From: Frankiales bacterium
GTDB lineage: Bacteria > Actinomycetota > Actinomycetes > Mycobacteriales > SCTD01
DNA: 64,000 nucleotides
Direction: 5' to 3'
Assembly: GCA_025966135.1 (NCBI GenBank)
Contig: JAOPVP010000043.1
Location: forward strand, 18,904 to 82,903
Below are positions 33,824-46,609 of this stretch, piece after piece. The position numbers and the translations under genes were made by a program. Each line of letters begins with the position of its first letter. Position 1 is the stretch's first letter. A model generated the notes under the pieces. It saw only the letters and a program-made list of their open reading frames with translations. It was not told where the DNA came from and searched no databases.

Positions 33824-34898
33824 GCTGCGCGGGCTGCCGGGCGTGCTCACGCAGGTCCAGCTCCAGCAGACCGTGGAGGCCATCGCGGCCGCTCAGCAGC
33901 GCTCCGGGTCCCTGCCCTGGCCGGACGGCCACACCGACGCCTGGGACCACGTCGAGTGCGCGATGGTCCTGACCCTCGGCGGCCGACTCGACGAGGCGCA
34001 GCGTGCCTATGCCTGGCTGCGCCGCACCCAGGCCACCGACGGCTCGTGGGCCACGTCCTACGACGAGCTCCAGATCCTCGACCCCATGGTCGACGTCAAC
34101 CAGTGCGCCTACGTCGCCGTCGGCACGTGGCAGTGGTGGACCGTCACGGGCGACCGCGTGCTGCCGGAGAAGATGTGGCCACACGTGCGCCGCGCCCTCG
34201 ACCTGGTCTGCGACATGCAGGCGCCATCAGGGGAGATCTGGTGGGCGCGCGACGGACTGGTGCCCCGCAAGGAAGCCCTGCTCACCGGGTCCGCGTCGAT
34301 GTACCAGTCGTTGCGCTGCGGGATCGCCCTCGCCGCGCTGATGGGGGAGCCGCAGCCCGAGTGGGAACTGGCCGCCGGCCTGCTGCAGCACGCCGTCGCG
34401 CACCATCCTGACGTCTTCATGGACAAGAGCCGGTTCTCGATGGACTGGTACTACCCGGTCCTGGGGGGCTCGGTTCGCGGCCGGATGGCCCAGGAGCTGT
34501 TCGCGGCCCGGTGGGACGAGTTCGTGGTCCCGGGTCTCGGCTGCCGTTGCGTCTCGGACCGACCCTGGGTGACAGGAGCCGAGACCGCGGAGCTCGCACT
34601 CTCGCTGCTCGTCACCGGTGACCCGGACGGTGCCCGCCAGCTCCTGGCGGACGCCCAGCACCTCCGTCACGACGACGGCTCCTACTGGACCGGCCTGGTG
34701 TACGACGAGGACGTCCGCTGGCCAGCTGAGCGCAGCTCGTGGACTGCAGCGGCCATGGTGCTGGCGGCCGACGCGCTCGCGGGCGGCCCGTCGCTGGCGC
34801 TGTTCGCCGCGGACGACCTTCCCACCGGCGTGCTCCTCCCCGCCGACGCCTGCCACGAAGAGGGCGCCCCCTGCGCCGGCGGTGCCCTCCGCGGCTGA
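33804..34898 (+). CDS. Alpha/alpha-toroid protein (prenyltransferase / terpene-cyclase-like repeat fold); function unknown
   Basis: Repeated DGSW/DGSYW-type motifs (TQATDGSWAT, HDDGSYWTG) spaced as in squalene-cyclase/prenyltransferase beta-subunit repeats; overlaps the upstream MTase end. Confidence 0.55.
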   Translation: MPVRRPELRGLPGVLTQVQLQQTVEAIAAAQQRSGSLPWPDGHTDAWDHVECAMVLTLGGRLDEAQRAYAWLRRTQATDGSWATSYDELQILDPMVDVNQCAYVAVGTWQWWTVTGDRVLPEKMWPHVRRALDLVCDMQAPSGEIWWARDGLVPRKEALLTGSASMYQSLRCGIALAALMGEPQPEWELAAGLLQHAVAHHPDVFMDKSRFSMDWYYPVLGGSVRGRMAQELFAARWDEFVVPGLGCRCVSDRPWVTGAETAELALSLLVTGDPDGARQLLADAQHLRHDDGSYWTGLVYDEDVRWPAERSSWTAAAMVLAADALAGGPSLALFAADDLPTGVLLPADACHEEGAPCAGGALRG

Positions 34899-35043
34899 CC
34901 CGCCCCGACCCGACGGCCCACCCCTTCGCCGCGCTCCGACTTCCCTCTCTCGGCCCTGATCCACCAGGACCGGCTGAGCGTGCGGAGGGCCCGGTGCACA
35001 GGGCCACGGGAGGGAAGTGGGCAGAGGCGCGCGCGGTCGGTGA

Positions 35044-35667
35044 TCACGAATCAGAGGACCGTCGCAGGACGCGCAGCGAGCCGGTGACAGAGACCTCCTC
35101 GAAGGCACCGCTGTCGATGGCGCGGCAGACGACGTTCCACGGCGGGCGACCACCGTCGGCAGGGTCAGGGAAGACGTCGTGGACGGCCAGCAGGCCGCCG
35201 ACGACCACGTGCGGCGCGAAGGCGGCGTAGTCGTGCTGGGCCACCTCCTCGGTGTGGTTGCCGTCGAGGAACAGGAACGCCAGCGGGCTGCTCCACCAGC
35301 GGCCGACCTGCTGGGTGGTCCCGACGATCGCGGTGACCACGTCGTCCAGGCCGGCGTCCCAGAGGGTGCGACGTAGCGACGGCAGCGTCTCGAGGCGACC
35401 GGTGTGGGGATCGACGAGCGACGTGTCGTGCCACTCCCATCCGGGCTGGTTCTCCTCGGAGCCCCGGTGGTGGTCGAGGGTCGCGAGCTGCGCGCCGACC
35501 GCGCGGGCGGCCGCGCCGACGTGCACGGTCGACTTCCCGCAGTACGTCCCGACCTCGAGCCACAGCCCTGGGCCGGCTGACAGGGCAGCGTCGTGGAGGG
35601 CGGCGGCCTCGTCATCGGGCAGGAAGCCCTTGGTGGCGGAGGCGACGGCTAGCAGGTCGGGTGTCAC
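35044..35667 (-). CDS. Class I SAM-dependent methyltransferase (Methyltransf_24 / O-methyltransferase-like)
   Basis: LEVGTYCGKSTVHVG and FLFLDGNHTEE. GTG 35667 is preferred over 35724 because the latter would overlap the riboswitch-like element. Confidence 0.7.
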   Translation of the reverse strand: MTPDLLAVASATKGFLPDDEAAALHDAALSAGPGLWLEVGTYCGKSTVHVGAAARAVGAQLATLDHHRGSEENQPGWEWHDTSLVDPHTGRLETLPSLRRTLWDAGLDDVVTAIVGTTQQVGRWWSSPLAFLFLDGNHTEEVAQHDYAAFAPHVVVGGLLAVHDVFPDPADGGRPPWNVVCRAIDSGAFEEVSVTGSLRVLRRSSDS

Positions 35668-35694
35668 GCACTGTCCTTTGGCGATAGGGTGGAA

Positions 35695-35821
35695 CGGTCG
35701 GAGGGGAGTATCCCCGTCGCACACGGCTCGTCAGCACGGCGTCCTCCTCGGATGCCCGGTCCGTGTGGCCCACCAGGGTGGGAGAGACCTCCGGTCGGAC
35801 AGTTGTGTCCAGACCGGAGGA
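35695..35821 (+). promoter_or_regulatory. Probable yybP-ykoY (Mn2+) riboswitch leader of the TerC gene
   Basis: GGGGAGUA at 35703-35710 and GGGAGAGACC at 35780-35789 match the two conserved loops as I recall them. CCUCCGGUC (35788-35796) can pair with GACCGGAGG (35812-35820, contains the SD) or with CGGAGG at 35699-35704. Confidence 0.55.
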
Positions 35822-35827
35822 GTGCTC

Positions 35828-36796
35828 GTGCTCGACGTTTCCCTGTACACCTGGGTCGCCACGATCGGCGGCCTGATCCTGGTGCTCGGCTATGACCAGC
35901 TCGTGGCCCATCGCAAGGGCGAGCACGAGTTCAGCGTGGGGGAGGCCCTGCGCTGGGTCGGCTTCTACGTCGGCCTGGCCGTCGCGTTCGGGATCGGCCT
36001 ATGGGTCGTCGGCGGCCACCAGGCAGGCGCGGAGTTCTTCGCCGGCTACCTGACCGAGTACTCCCTCAGCGTCGACAACCTGTTCGTCTTCGTGATCATC
36101 ATGAGCAGCTTCGGGGTGCCGCGGGCGTACCAGCACAAGGTGCTGCTGCTCGGGATCGCCCTGGCGCTCGTGCTCCGCGGCGGGTTCATCGCGGTCGGCG
36201 CGGCCGCCATCAACGCCTTCGTCTGGGTGTTCTTCCTCTTCGGCGCTTTCCTCGTCTACACCGCCTGGAAGCTGGCCGTCGCCGAGGACCACGACGAGCC
36301 GCAGGAGCGCGAGAGCCTGCTCGCGCGGCTGGTGGCCCGGGTCCTGCCGACCGTCGACACCTACGACGGCGCCAAGATCGTCACCAAGGTCGCGGGCAAG
36401 CGGCACGTCACCCCGATGCTGCTCGTGATGATCGCGATCGGGTCCACCGACCTGCTGTTTGCGCTCGACTCGATCCCGGCGATCTTCGGGCTCACCAAGG
36501 AGCCGTACATCGTCTTCACCGCCAACGCGTTCGCCCTCATGGGGCTGCGCCAGCTCTACTTCCTGCTGGACGGGCTGCTGGACCGTCTGGTCTACCTGTC
36601 CAAGGGCCTGGCCGTCATCCTCGGCTTCATCGGCATCAAGCTGGTCCTCCACGCCTTCCACGAGTACGGCGCGAGCTGGGCCCCTGACATCGGCATCGCC
36701 GTGTCCCTCGGCGTGATCATCGCCAGCCTGGCCGTCACGACCGTGCTGTCCCTGAGGGCCACCAGGGACCGCGGGACGGTCCGAGTCGCGGACTGA
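35828..36796 (+). CDS. TerC-family integral membrane protein (putative Mn2+/metal exporter)
   Basis: FFAGYLTEYSLSVDNLFVF and STDLLFALDSIPAIFG are the paired TerC motifs. GTG 35828 sits 7 nt after GGAGG; GTG 35822 is an alternative. Confidence 0.85.
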   Translation: MLDVSLYTWVATIGGLILVLGYDQLVAHRKGEHEFSVGEALRWVGFYVGLAVAFGIGLWVVGGHQAGAEFFAGYLTEYSLSVDNLFVFVIIMSSFGVPRAYQHKVLLLGIALALVLRGGFIAVGAAAINAFVWVFFLFGAFLVYTAWKLAVAEDHDEPQERESLLARLVARVLPTVDTYDGAKIVTKVAGKRHVTPMLLVMIAIGSTDLLFALDSIPAIFGLTKEPYIVFTANAFALMGLRQLYFLLDGLLDRLVYLSKGLAVILGFIGIKLVLHAFHEYGASWAPDIGIAVSLGVIIASLAVTTVLSLRATRDRGTVRVAD

Positions 36797-36838
36797 CCGC
36801 CGTACCCGGCCCTTGCCGGCCGCGATCGGAGCGGAGCG

Positions 36839-37492
36839 CTACCAGCCGCGGGTGCGCCACTCGGGAAGCGAGGGGCGCTCCCTGCCCAGGGTGGTGTCGC
36901 TGCCATGGCCCGGGTAGACCCAGGTCGAGTCCGGATAGGGCCCGAACAGTTTGCGCTCCACGTCGTCGATGAGCGTCCCGAACCGCACCGGGTCCTTCTC
37001 GGTGTTGCCGACCCCCCCGGGGAACAGGGAGTCACCGGTGAACAGGTGGCCGCCCTCCGGCTGGTAGTGCAGGGCCACTGAGCCGGGGGTGTGGCCCACG
37101 AGGGTGATCGCCGTCAGCCGGTGCGACCCGACCTCGACGACGTCGCCGTCCTCCAGCACGCGCGCGGGCGCGACCGGCAGGTCACCGGCGTCGTCCGCGG
37201 TGGCCAGCACGGGTGCGCCGGTGGCCTCGACCAGGGCCACCAGGGCCTGCTGGTGGTCCCAGTGGCCGTGGGTCTCCACGATCCCGACCAGCCGGCCGTC
37301 GCCCAGGGCCTCGAGGAGCCGCTCCGGGTCGCCCGCGGCGTCGACGAGCAGCGTGTCCCCGCTGGCGTCGTCGCGCAGCAGGTAGCAGTTGTTGTTGAAG
37401 GGGTTGGTCGCGACCTTGGTGATCGTCAGCCCGGGCAGCTTCCGTACGTCGAACGCGCCGCCGACCTCAACCTCACCTGTGTAACCGCTCAC
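36839..37492 (-). CDS. MBL-fold metallo-hydrolase (glyoxalase II-like)
   Basis: THGHWDH (HxHxDH) motif, 217 aa. Confidence 0.85.
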   Translation of the reverse strand: MSGYTGEVEVGGAFDVRKLPGLTITKVATNPFNNNCYLLRDDASGDTLLVDAAGDPERLLEALGDGRLVGIVETHGHWDHQQALVALVEATGAPVLATADDAGDLPVAPARVLEDGDVVEVGSHRLTAITLVGHTPGSVALHYQPEGGHLFTGDSLFPGGVGNTEKDPVRFGTLIDDVERKLFGPYPDSTWVYPGHGSDTTLGRERPSLPEWRTRGW

Positions 37493-37599
37493 TTTCGCTC
37501 CTCACCGGATGACATTGCCTCGACGTTAGGTCACTCGCGGTGCTGGATGCGCGAAGGCGCCGCCCGTCGAGGGGTGAGCGATGCCACGTCGGGAAGGTC

Positions 37600-37622
37600 T
37601 TGTCGGAGGGCCCGGTTAGCAT
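37600..37622 (+). promoter_or_regulatory. RecA-NDp-like (RecA/LexA-independent, PafBC-type) DNA-damage promoter upstream of uvrA
   Basis: TTGTCGGAG-N8-TAGCAT fits the recalled tTGTCRgtg-N8-TAnnnT consensus; ends 39 nt before the uvrA GTG. Confidence 0.5.
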
Positions 37623-37661
37623 CGACAGCCCCCTGCACCAACACCGACTCGAAGGCAGCTT

Positions 37662-40643
<2,982 letters not shown>

Positions 40644-40746
40644 CCTCGCGCAACCTTTCAGGTGTCGAGTGCGTCTTGAGGTTGCGGCGCGCATGCGCCC
40701 GGTACCGTATGTGACGGCTTGGTCACTTTCGCCGAAGGGCAACCGG

Positions 40747-42315
40747 ATGTCCCGCTCGGTTCTCAGCACGCTGTCCCTGCGCTCGGCGCTGGTCGCCTCT
40801 GGCACCGCGCTGCTTGTCGTGCTGCCGTCGCTACCCGCGTTCGCGGCGACGCCGCCCAGTCCGGCATCCGCCCTGAGCGTCACGGTCGGTGACCGCTTCG
40901 CCGACCTCACCTGGACCGACGGTGACGGAGCCGGTGCGATCGTCCGCGACGTGACAGGTGTCGCCGCCCCGTACACCCCGACGTCGGGTCGCAGCGTCAC
41001 CGCGAGCAGTGCCTCGACGGCGCAGGACACCGGTTTCCGCAACGTAGGGACCACGACCTACGCGATCTGGTCGACGGCGAGCGACGGCACGCCGAGCGAC
41101 ACGCCGCTCGTCCAGGACGTCGCCGCGGCGGCGCTGGTGCCGACCACCCTGGCCCTGGACGTCTCGCACACGGTCGGTGCGTACGGCCTGCCCGTCACCG
41201 TCACCGGATCGCTGACCCGGCCCGGGAGCGTTCCCGTCGCCAACCAGCGAGTGGACCTCTACGGACGGTACGGCGGCACGACCGCCAACGTCCTGCTGCG
41301 GCACCTGACCTCGGCCTCCGACGGCGGCGTGCATGCCACGTTGTTGCCGAGCCGCACGCTCGCGCTGACTCTCAGCTTCGCCGGGGACGCCTTCTCCGCC
41401 GCTTCGACCAGCGTCGCCAGAAATGTCAGGTTGGTGCCGCGCATCTCGGCGAGGCTGAACCCGCCGGCCATCGTTCGCTCCGAGACCAGCGTGCTCTCCG
41501 GTGCGGTGGCACCGCAGTACGGCGGCGCGCGGGTCGTTCTCCAGCGCTGGACGAGCAAGGGCTGGAGCAGCATCGCCGCCACCAAGACCAACGTGAGGGG
41601 TGCGTACAGCTTCCGGCTGAGTCCCGCCGTCGGTGTGTACCGGCACCGCGCGGTGCTGGCGGGGACGGCGGCCTGGGTCATGGCCGGCTCCGCGCCTGTG
41701 GTGCTCCGTGTCGACACGCGTGATCTCGCGAGCGGCCTCCGGGGTAACGACGTGCTCGCGCTGCAGCGCCGCCTTGCCGCGCTCCACTACCTCGTCGGGG
41801 CGCAGGACGGCGTGTTCGGCTACAACCTCACGCACGCCGTGATGACCTTCCAGAAGGTCGAGCACCTGCCGGTCACCGGCCGCTGGACCAAGGCCGAGCG
41901 CGTCCGGGCGGGGCACCCGACGGCCTGGAGGCTGCGCTACAGGACCGCCGGACTGGCTGCCGAGGTCGACATCACCCGGCAGGTGCTCGTGCTGTCCAAG
42001 GCGGGCGTCGTCCAGCGCATCGTGGACGTCTCCAGCGGCAGCGAGCGCGTCTACTACCAGAGCGGTCAGCGCAACATCGCCCACACGCCGCGCGGCCGGT
42101 ACGCGATCACGTGGCGGATCAACGGCATGCACGAGAGCGAGCTGGGGCTGCTCTACCGGCCGGTGTTTTTCTTCCAGGGCTACGCGATCCACGGCAGCGG
42201 CAGCGTGCCTGCCTACCCGGCCAGCCACGGATGCGTTCGCGTCACGAACCCGGTGATGGACATGCTGTTCCCGATCCTCGTCAAGGGCGTGCCGGTCAGC
42301 GTCTACGACGAGTAG
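40747..42315 (+). CDS. Secreted L,D-transpeptidase (YkuD) with peptidoglycan-binding domain and N-terminal Ig-like region
   Basis: Signal peptide MSRSVLSTLSLRSALVASGTALLVVLPSLPAFA. PG_binding_1 (VLALQRRLAALHYL...DGVFG..T..AVMTFQ). Catalytic HGS...SHGCVRV. Confidence 0.85.
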   Translation: MSRSVLSTLSLRSALVASGTALLVVLPSLPAFAATPPSPASALSVTVGDRFADLTWTDGDGAGAIVRDVTGVAAPYTPTSGRSVTASSASTAQDTGFRNVGTTTYAIWSTASDGTPSDTPLVQDVAAAALVPTTLALDVSHTVGAYGLPVTVTGSLTRPGSVPVANQRVDLYGRYGGTTANVLLRHLTSASDGGVHATLLPSRTLALTLSFAGDAFSAASTSVARNVRLVPRISARLNPPAIVRSETSVLSGAVAPQYGGARVVLQRWTSKGWSSIAATKTNVRGAYSFRLSPAVGVYRHRAVLAGTAAWVMAGSAPVVLRVDTRDLASGLRGNDVLALQRRLAALHYLVGAQDGVFGYNLTHAVMTFQKVEHLPVTGRWTKAERVRAGHPTAWRLRYRTAGLAAEVDITRQVLVLSKAGVVQRIVDVSSGSERVYYQSGQRNIAHTPRGRYAITWRINGMHESELGLLYRPVFFFQGYAIHGSGSVPAYPASHGCVRVTNPVMDMLFPILVKGVPVSVYDE

Positions 42316-42710
42316 AGCACCCGGTCGAGCAGGGCGTCGACAGCCGGCCCGCCGGCCTCCTGCCCATACGGCACGTGCCCCTCGGTCTCGGCGAGAAAGT
42401 CGGCGACGACCCGACGGGGGACCGAGATGCAGGCGGCCCTGCCGGGTCGGTCCAGCTCGAGCCAGATCCGGTCGCGCACGTCGTCGGGACCGATCTTCAC
42501 CAGGCCGTCCCCGGTCGGCGTCCGGAGCCCCTCGCGCAGGGAATCGCGCAGCACGACCCACCTGCCGCGGGGCAGGGCAGGGTGCTCCGGCAACGCCGTC
42601 AGGTGCAGTCTGACGGCGTACGGATCGGCCGGCATCCAGCACAGCCGGAGCACCGTGTGCCGACGCGGACCGTCGTCGATGACGACCTCGACCGTCACCT
42701 CGATCGTCAT
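42303..42710 (-). CDS. SsgA/SsgB-family (SALP) cell-division/sporulation protein
   Basis: ADPYAVRLHL, WVVLRDSLREGLRTPTGDGLVKIGP and VPRRVVADFLAETEGHVPYGQE align with S. coelicolor SsgB as I remember it. Confidence 0.85.
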   Translation of the reverse strand: MTIEVTVEVVIDDGPRRHTVLRLCWMPADPYAVRLHLTALPEHPALPRGRWVVLRDSLREGLRTPTGDGLVKIGPDDVRDRIWLELDRPGRAACISVPRRVVADFLAETEGHVPYGQEAGGPAVDALLDRVLYSS

Positions 42711-42789
42711 GCGGGCAGGGTCGCACGGACGGTTCCGGGGCCGCCAATCGCCGCTCCGGGCGGACGCTCCCGAGACGTAGTGTTGGGGG

Positions 42790-44772
42790 GTGGCCGACCC
42801 GTCGACGTACCGTCCCGCGGCGGGGACGATCCCCGTCGCGCCAGGCGTCTACCGGTTCCGCGACGAGCGCGGCCGGGTGATCTATGTCGGCAAGGCGAAG
42901 AGCCTGCGCCCACGGCTGTCGTCGTACTTCCAGGACGTGCAGGGGTTGCACCCGCGCACCCGGCAGCTGGTGACCACCGCGGCCTCGGTCGAGTGGACCG
43001 TGGTGAGCACCGAGGTCGAGGCGCTGCAGCTCGAGTACTCCTGGATCAAGGAGTTCGACCCGCGCTTCAACGTGAAGTACCGGGACGACAAGAGCTACCC
43101 GTCGTTGGCCGTGACGCTGTACGAGGACTTCCCGCGGCTGCAGGTGATGCGCGGCCCGAAGAAGAAGGGCGTCCGCTACTTCGGCCCCTACTCGCACGCC
43201 TGGGCGATCCGGGAGACGCTCGACCTGCTGCTGCGCGTGTTTCCGGCGCGCACCTGCAGCCCGGGGGTGTTCAAGCGCGCCGGCCAGGTCGGCCGCCCGT
43301 GTCTGCTCGGGTACATCGACAAGTGCTCCGCGCCCTGTGTCGGCAAGGTGTCGCAGGAGGAGCACCGGGCGATCGTCGACGACTTCTGTGACTTCATGGC
43401 CGGCTCGTCGGCGACGTTCGTCAAGCGCCTCGAGCAACAGATGACCGAGGCGGCGGAGCAGCAGGACTACGAGCGGGCCGCCCGGCTCCGTGACGATGTC
43501 GCAGCCATGAAGAAGGCGCTCGAGAAGCAGACGGTGGTGCTGGCGGACGGCACCGACGCGGACGTCGTGGGGATCGCCGAGGACGCGCTCGAGGCGGCTG
43601 TGCAGGTCTTCCACGTGCGCGGCGGTCGGATTCGCGGTCAGCACGGCTACGTCGTCGACAAGGTCGAGGACCTCACCACCGGTGACCTGGTCGCGCAGTT
43701 CCTCACCCAGGTCTACGGCGAGGACGAGGACGAGTACAGCGCGATCGACCGGCGCCTCGCCCCCGGTGCCGGTGTGCAGGCCGGAGTCGACATCCCGCGT
43801 GAGGTGCTGGTCCCGGCGCTTCCCCCTGACGCTGAGGCGATCACGAACTGGATGCGACAGCTGCGGGGCACCAACGTGTCGCTGCGGATCCCGCAGCGCG
43901 GCGACAAGAAGACCCTCATGGAGACCGTCGAGCGCAACGCCCAGCAGGCCTTCGCGTTGCACAAGACCAAGCGAGCCAGCGACCTCACGGCGCGGTCCAA
44001 GGCCATCGCCGAGATCCAGGAGGCGCTCGAGCTCGACGACGCCCCTCTGCGCATCGAGTGCTTCGACATCTCCAACCTGCAGGGCACCTCGGTGGTGGCG
44101 TCGATGGTCGTCTTCGAGGACGGGCTGGCCAGGAAGTCCGAGTACCGCCGCTTCGCCGTGAAGGGCGTGGACGGGCAGGACGACGTGGCGTCGATGCACG
44201 AGGTGGTGACGCGACGCTTCGCGCGCTACCTCGAGGAGGCGCCCAAGGCCGAGCTCGACGAGGAGACCGGCAGGCCCCGCCGGTTCGCCTACCCGCCCAA
44301 CCTGGTCGTCGTCGACGGGGGTGCGCCGCAGGTGGCTGCGGCGCAGCGGGCCCTCGACGAGCTCGGCGTCAACGATGTCGCGGTCTGTGGGCTGGCCAAG
44401 CGGCTCGAGGAGGTCTGGCTGCCCGGGCAGGACGACCCGGTGATCATGTCGAGGACCAGCGAGGGCCTCTACCTGCTGCAGCGGATCCGGGACGAGGCGC
44501 ACCGGTTCGCGATCACCTATCACCGGCAGAAGCGGTCCAAGGCGATGACCACCAGCGTGCTGGACGAGGTCGTCGGGTTGGGTGACACCCGTCGCAAGGC
44601 GTTGCTGCGACACTTCGGTTCCCTCAAGAAGCTCAAGGCGGCGACCGTCGAGGAGGTCATGGAAGTGCCGGGCATCGGACGTCGTACGGCGGAAGTGGTC
44701 GTGACCGCGCTCGCCGGGGACGCCACGGCTGTACCGGCCTTCGACCCGGTGACCGGCGAGGTGATCGCATGA
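42790..44772 (+). CDS. uvrC: Excinuclease ABC subunit C
   Basis: GIY-YIG ([23 protein letters not shown]), UVR domain, endonuclease V-like domain and (HhH)2 C-terminus. Confidence 0.97.
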   Translation: MADPSTYRPAAGTIPVAPGVYRFRDERGRVIYVGKAKSLRPRLSSYFQDVQGLHPRTRQLVTTAASVEWTVVSTEVEALQLEYSWIKEFDPRFNVKYRDDKSYPSLAVTLYEDFPRLQVMRGPKKKGVRYFGPYSHAWAIRETLDLLLRVFPARTCSPGVFKRAGQVGRPCLLGYIDKCSAPCVGKVSQEEHRAIVDDFCDFMAGSSATFVKRLEQQMTEAAEQQDYERAARLRDDVAAMKKALEKQTVVLADGTDADVVGIAEDALEAAVQVFHVRGGRIRGQHGYVVDKVEDLTTGDLVAQFLTQVYGEDEDEYSAIDRRLAPGAGVQAGVDIPREVLVPALPPDAEAITNWMRQLRGTNVSLRIPQRGDKKTLMETVERNAQQAFALHKTKRASDLTARSKAIAEIQEALELDDAPLRIECFDISNLQGTSVVASMVVFEDGLARKSEYRRFAVKGVDGQDDVASMHEVVTRRFARYLEEAPKAELDEETGRPRRFAYPPNLVVVDGGAPQVAAAQRALDELGVNDVAVCGLAKRLEEVWLPGQDDPVIMSRTSEGLYLLQRIRDEAHRFAITYHRQKRSKAMTTSVLDEVVGLGDTRRKALLRHFGSLKKLKAATVEEVMEVPGIGRRTAEVVVTALAGDATAVPAFDPVTGEVIA

Positions 44773-45632
44773 CGCTGCGGCTCGTGGTCGTCACCGGCCT
44801 GTCCGGCGCTGGCCGGTCGACCGCCGCCAAGTGCCTCGAGGACCTGGGTTGGTTCGTCGTCGACAACCTGCCGCCTTCCCTGCTGGGGACGATGGTCGAC
44901 CTCGGGACCCGCTCGCAGGGCGCCGTCAGCAAGATCGCCGTCGTCGCCGACGTCCGGTCGCGAGCGTTCTCCTCCGACCTGCGGACCGCGCTGGAGGAGC
45001 TGGAGCGGCGCGACATCCACGCCCGGGTCCTGTTCCTCGAGGCCTCCGACGAGGCCCTGGTGCGGCGGTTCGAGTCGGTGCGTCGCCCCCACCCGATGCA
45101 GGGCGAGGGCCGGCTGGTCGACGGGATCGAACGGGAGCGTGCGCTGCTGCGCGAGCTGCGCGGCGACGCGGACCTCGTCCTCGACACCAGCGTCCTCAAC
45201 GTCCACGAGCTGCGCAGCAAGGTCACGGCGGCCTTCGGCGACGAGGACCTGTCCGACGCGCTGCAGCTGACGGTGATGTCCTTCGGCTACAAGTACGGCC
45301 TGCCGGTGGATGCCGACCTCGTCGTGGACTGCCGCTTCCTCCCCAACCCGCACTGGATCCCCGAGCTGCGGCCACACAGCGGCAAGGACCAGGACGTTCG
45401 CGACTACGTCCTGGCGCAGGCCGGCGCGATCGAGTTCCTGGACCGCTATGAGGACGTGGTGCACCTGATGGCCGACGGCTACCGTCGAGAGGGCAAGCGC
45501 TACGTCCTGCTCGCGGTGGGCTGCACGGGCGGCAAGCACCGTAGCGTCGCGATGTCCGAGCAGCTGGCTCAGCGCCTGGCCGGGCCGGGCATCGACGTGC
45601 AGGTGCAGCATCGCGATCTGGGACGCGAGTGA
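44769..45632 (+). CDS. rapZ: RNase adapter protein RapZ (YvcJ)
   Basis: [30 protein letters not shown] and CTGGKHRSV; ATGA overlap with uvrC. Confidence 0.95.
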   Translation: MTLRLVVVTGLSGAGRSTAAKCLEDLGWFVVDNLPPSLLGTMVDLGTRSQGAVSKIAVVADVRSRAFSSDLRTALEELERRDIHARVLFLEASDEALVRRFESVRRPHPMQGEGRLVDGIERERALLRELRGDADLVLDTSVLNVHELRSKVTAAFGDEDLSDALQLTVMSFGYKYGLPVDADLVVDCRFLPNPHWIPELRPHSGKDQDVRDYVLAQAGAIEFLDRYEDVVHLMADGYRREGKRYVLLAVGCTGGKHRSVAMSEQLAQRLAGPGIDVQVQHRDLGRE

Positions 45633-46609
45633 GTCTCAAGGTCGTCGCCCTCGGAGGCGGCCACGGGCTCGCAGCTTCGCTGCAAGCATTGACCGGCGTG
45701 ACTCCCGAGCTGACGGCGATCGTCACGGTCGCGGACGACGGCGGGTCCAGCGGCCGGCTTCGTGACGAGCTCGACGCGCTGCCCCCTGGCGACCTGCGCA
45801 TGGCGCTGGCCGCTCTCGCCGGTGACGACGACTGGTCGCGCACCTGGGAACGGGTCCTGCAGCACCGCTTCGGCGGCACCGGGCCGCTGGCGGGTCACGC
45901 GGTCGGCAACCTGCTCCTGGCAGGGCTGGCCGAGACCACCTCGGGGGTCGTGGAGGCGCTCGACCTGGTGGGGCGCCTCGTCGGTGCGCGGGGTCGGGTC
46001 CTACCGGCCAGCGTCACGCCCCTTGAGATCGTGGCCGAGGTCGTCGGGCTGGACGCGGCCGACCCGGGCGCGGTCTCGCAGGTCGTCGGGCAGGTCGCCG
46101 TGGCCAGCACCTCCGGGTCGGTGTGTGCGCTCTGGCTGCAGCCGGAGCACCCCCCGGCCTGTGCCCAGGCGGTCCAGGCGGTGCTCGACGCCGACTTCGT
46201 GGTGCTCGGCCCGGGCTCCTGGTTCACGAGCGTCCTGACCCACTTGCTGGTACCTGATCTGCGTGAGGCGCTCGCCAAGACGGAGGCTCAGCGGGTGGTC
46301 GTGCTGAACCTCGCACCGCAGGTGGGGGAGACCGACGGGTTCTCGCCCGAGGCGCACCTGGAGGTGCTGGCAACGTACGCACCGGAGCTCACCTTGGACG
46401 TCGTGCTGGCCGATGAGGCAGCGGTCGTGGACAGCCGTGGTCTGATGTCGTCTGTCGAGTCGGCTGGGGGGAGGCTGGTGCTGGCCGCCGTCGCTCTCGG
46501 GGACGGTACGCCGCGGCACGACCCGCAGCGGTTGGCCGAGGCCTACGCCGGGATCATGGGTACGCACGTGAAGGGTGGCAGCGTGAAAGGTGATGGGGCA
46601 TGGCGATGA
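45629..46609 (+). CDS. yvcK: Gluconeogenesis factor YvcK/CuvA (CofD-like, UPF0052)
   Basis: [23 protein letters not shown] and LGPGSWFTS; GTGA overlap with rapZ. Confidence 0.92.
   Translation: MSLKVVALGGGHGLAASLQALTGVTPELTAIVTVADDGGSSGRLRDELDALPPGDLRMALAALAGDDDWSRTWERVLQHRFGGTGPLAGHAVGNLLLAGLAETTSGVVEALDLVGRLVGARGRVLPASVTPLEIVAEVVGLDAADPGAVSQVVGQVAVASTSGSVCALWLQPEHPPACAQAVQAVLDADFVVLGPGSWFTSVLTHLLVPDLREALAKTEAQRVVVLNLAPQVGETDGFSPEAHLEVLATYAPELTLDVVLADEAAVVDSRGLMSSVESAGGRLVLAAVALGDGTPRHDPQRLAEAYAGIMGTHVKGGSVKGDGAWR

Noticed and set aside
1-35000. The glycan locus as a horizontally acquired island bounded by mobile elements
   Set aside because: I saw no integrase, transposase, tRNA gene or flanking direct repeats, and no obvious drop in GC by eye. 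Accessory status is plausible from gene content but cannot be supported from this window alone.
37493-37661. A LexA SOS box upstream of uvrA
   Set aside because: No TCGAAC-N4-GTTCGA-like palindrome is visible in the intergenic region. A RecA-NDp-like motif is present instead.
40831-44613. 1260-aa minus-strand ORF spanning the L,D-transpeptidase, SsgA-like and uvrC regions
   Set aside because: It is antisense or out of frame to three well-supported genes. Its translation is Arg/Gly/Pro/Asp-rich low complexity with no motifs. Long stop-free antisense frames are expected at about 70% GC.
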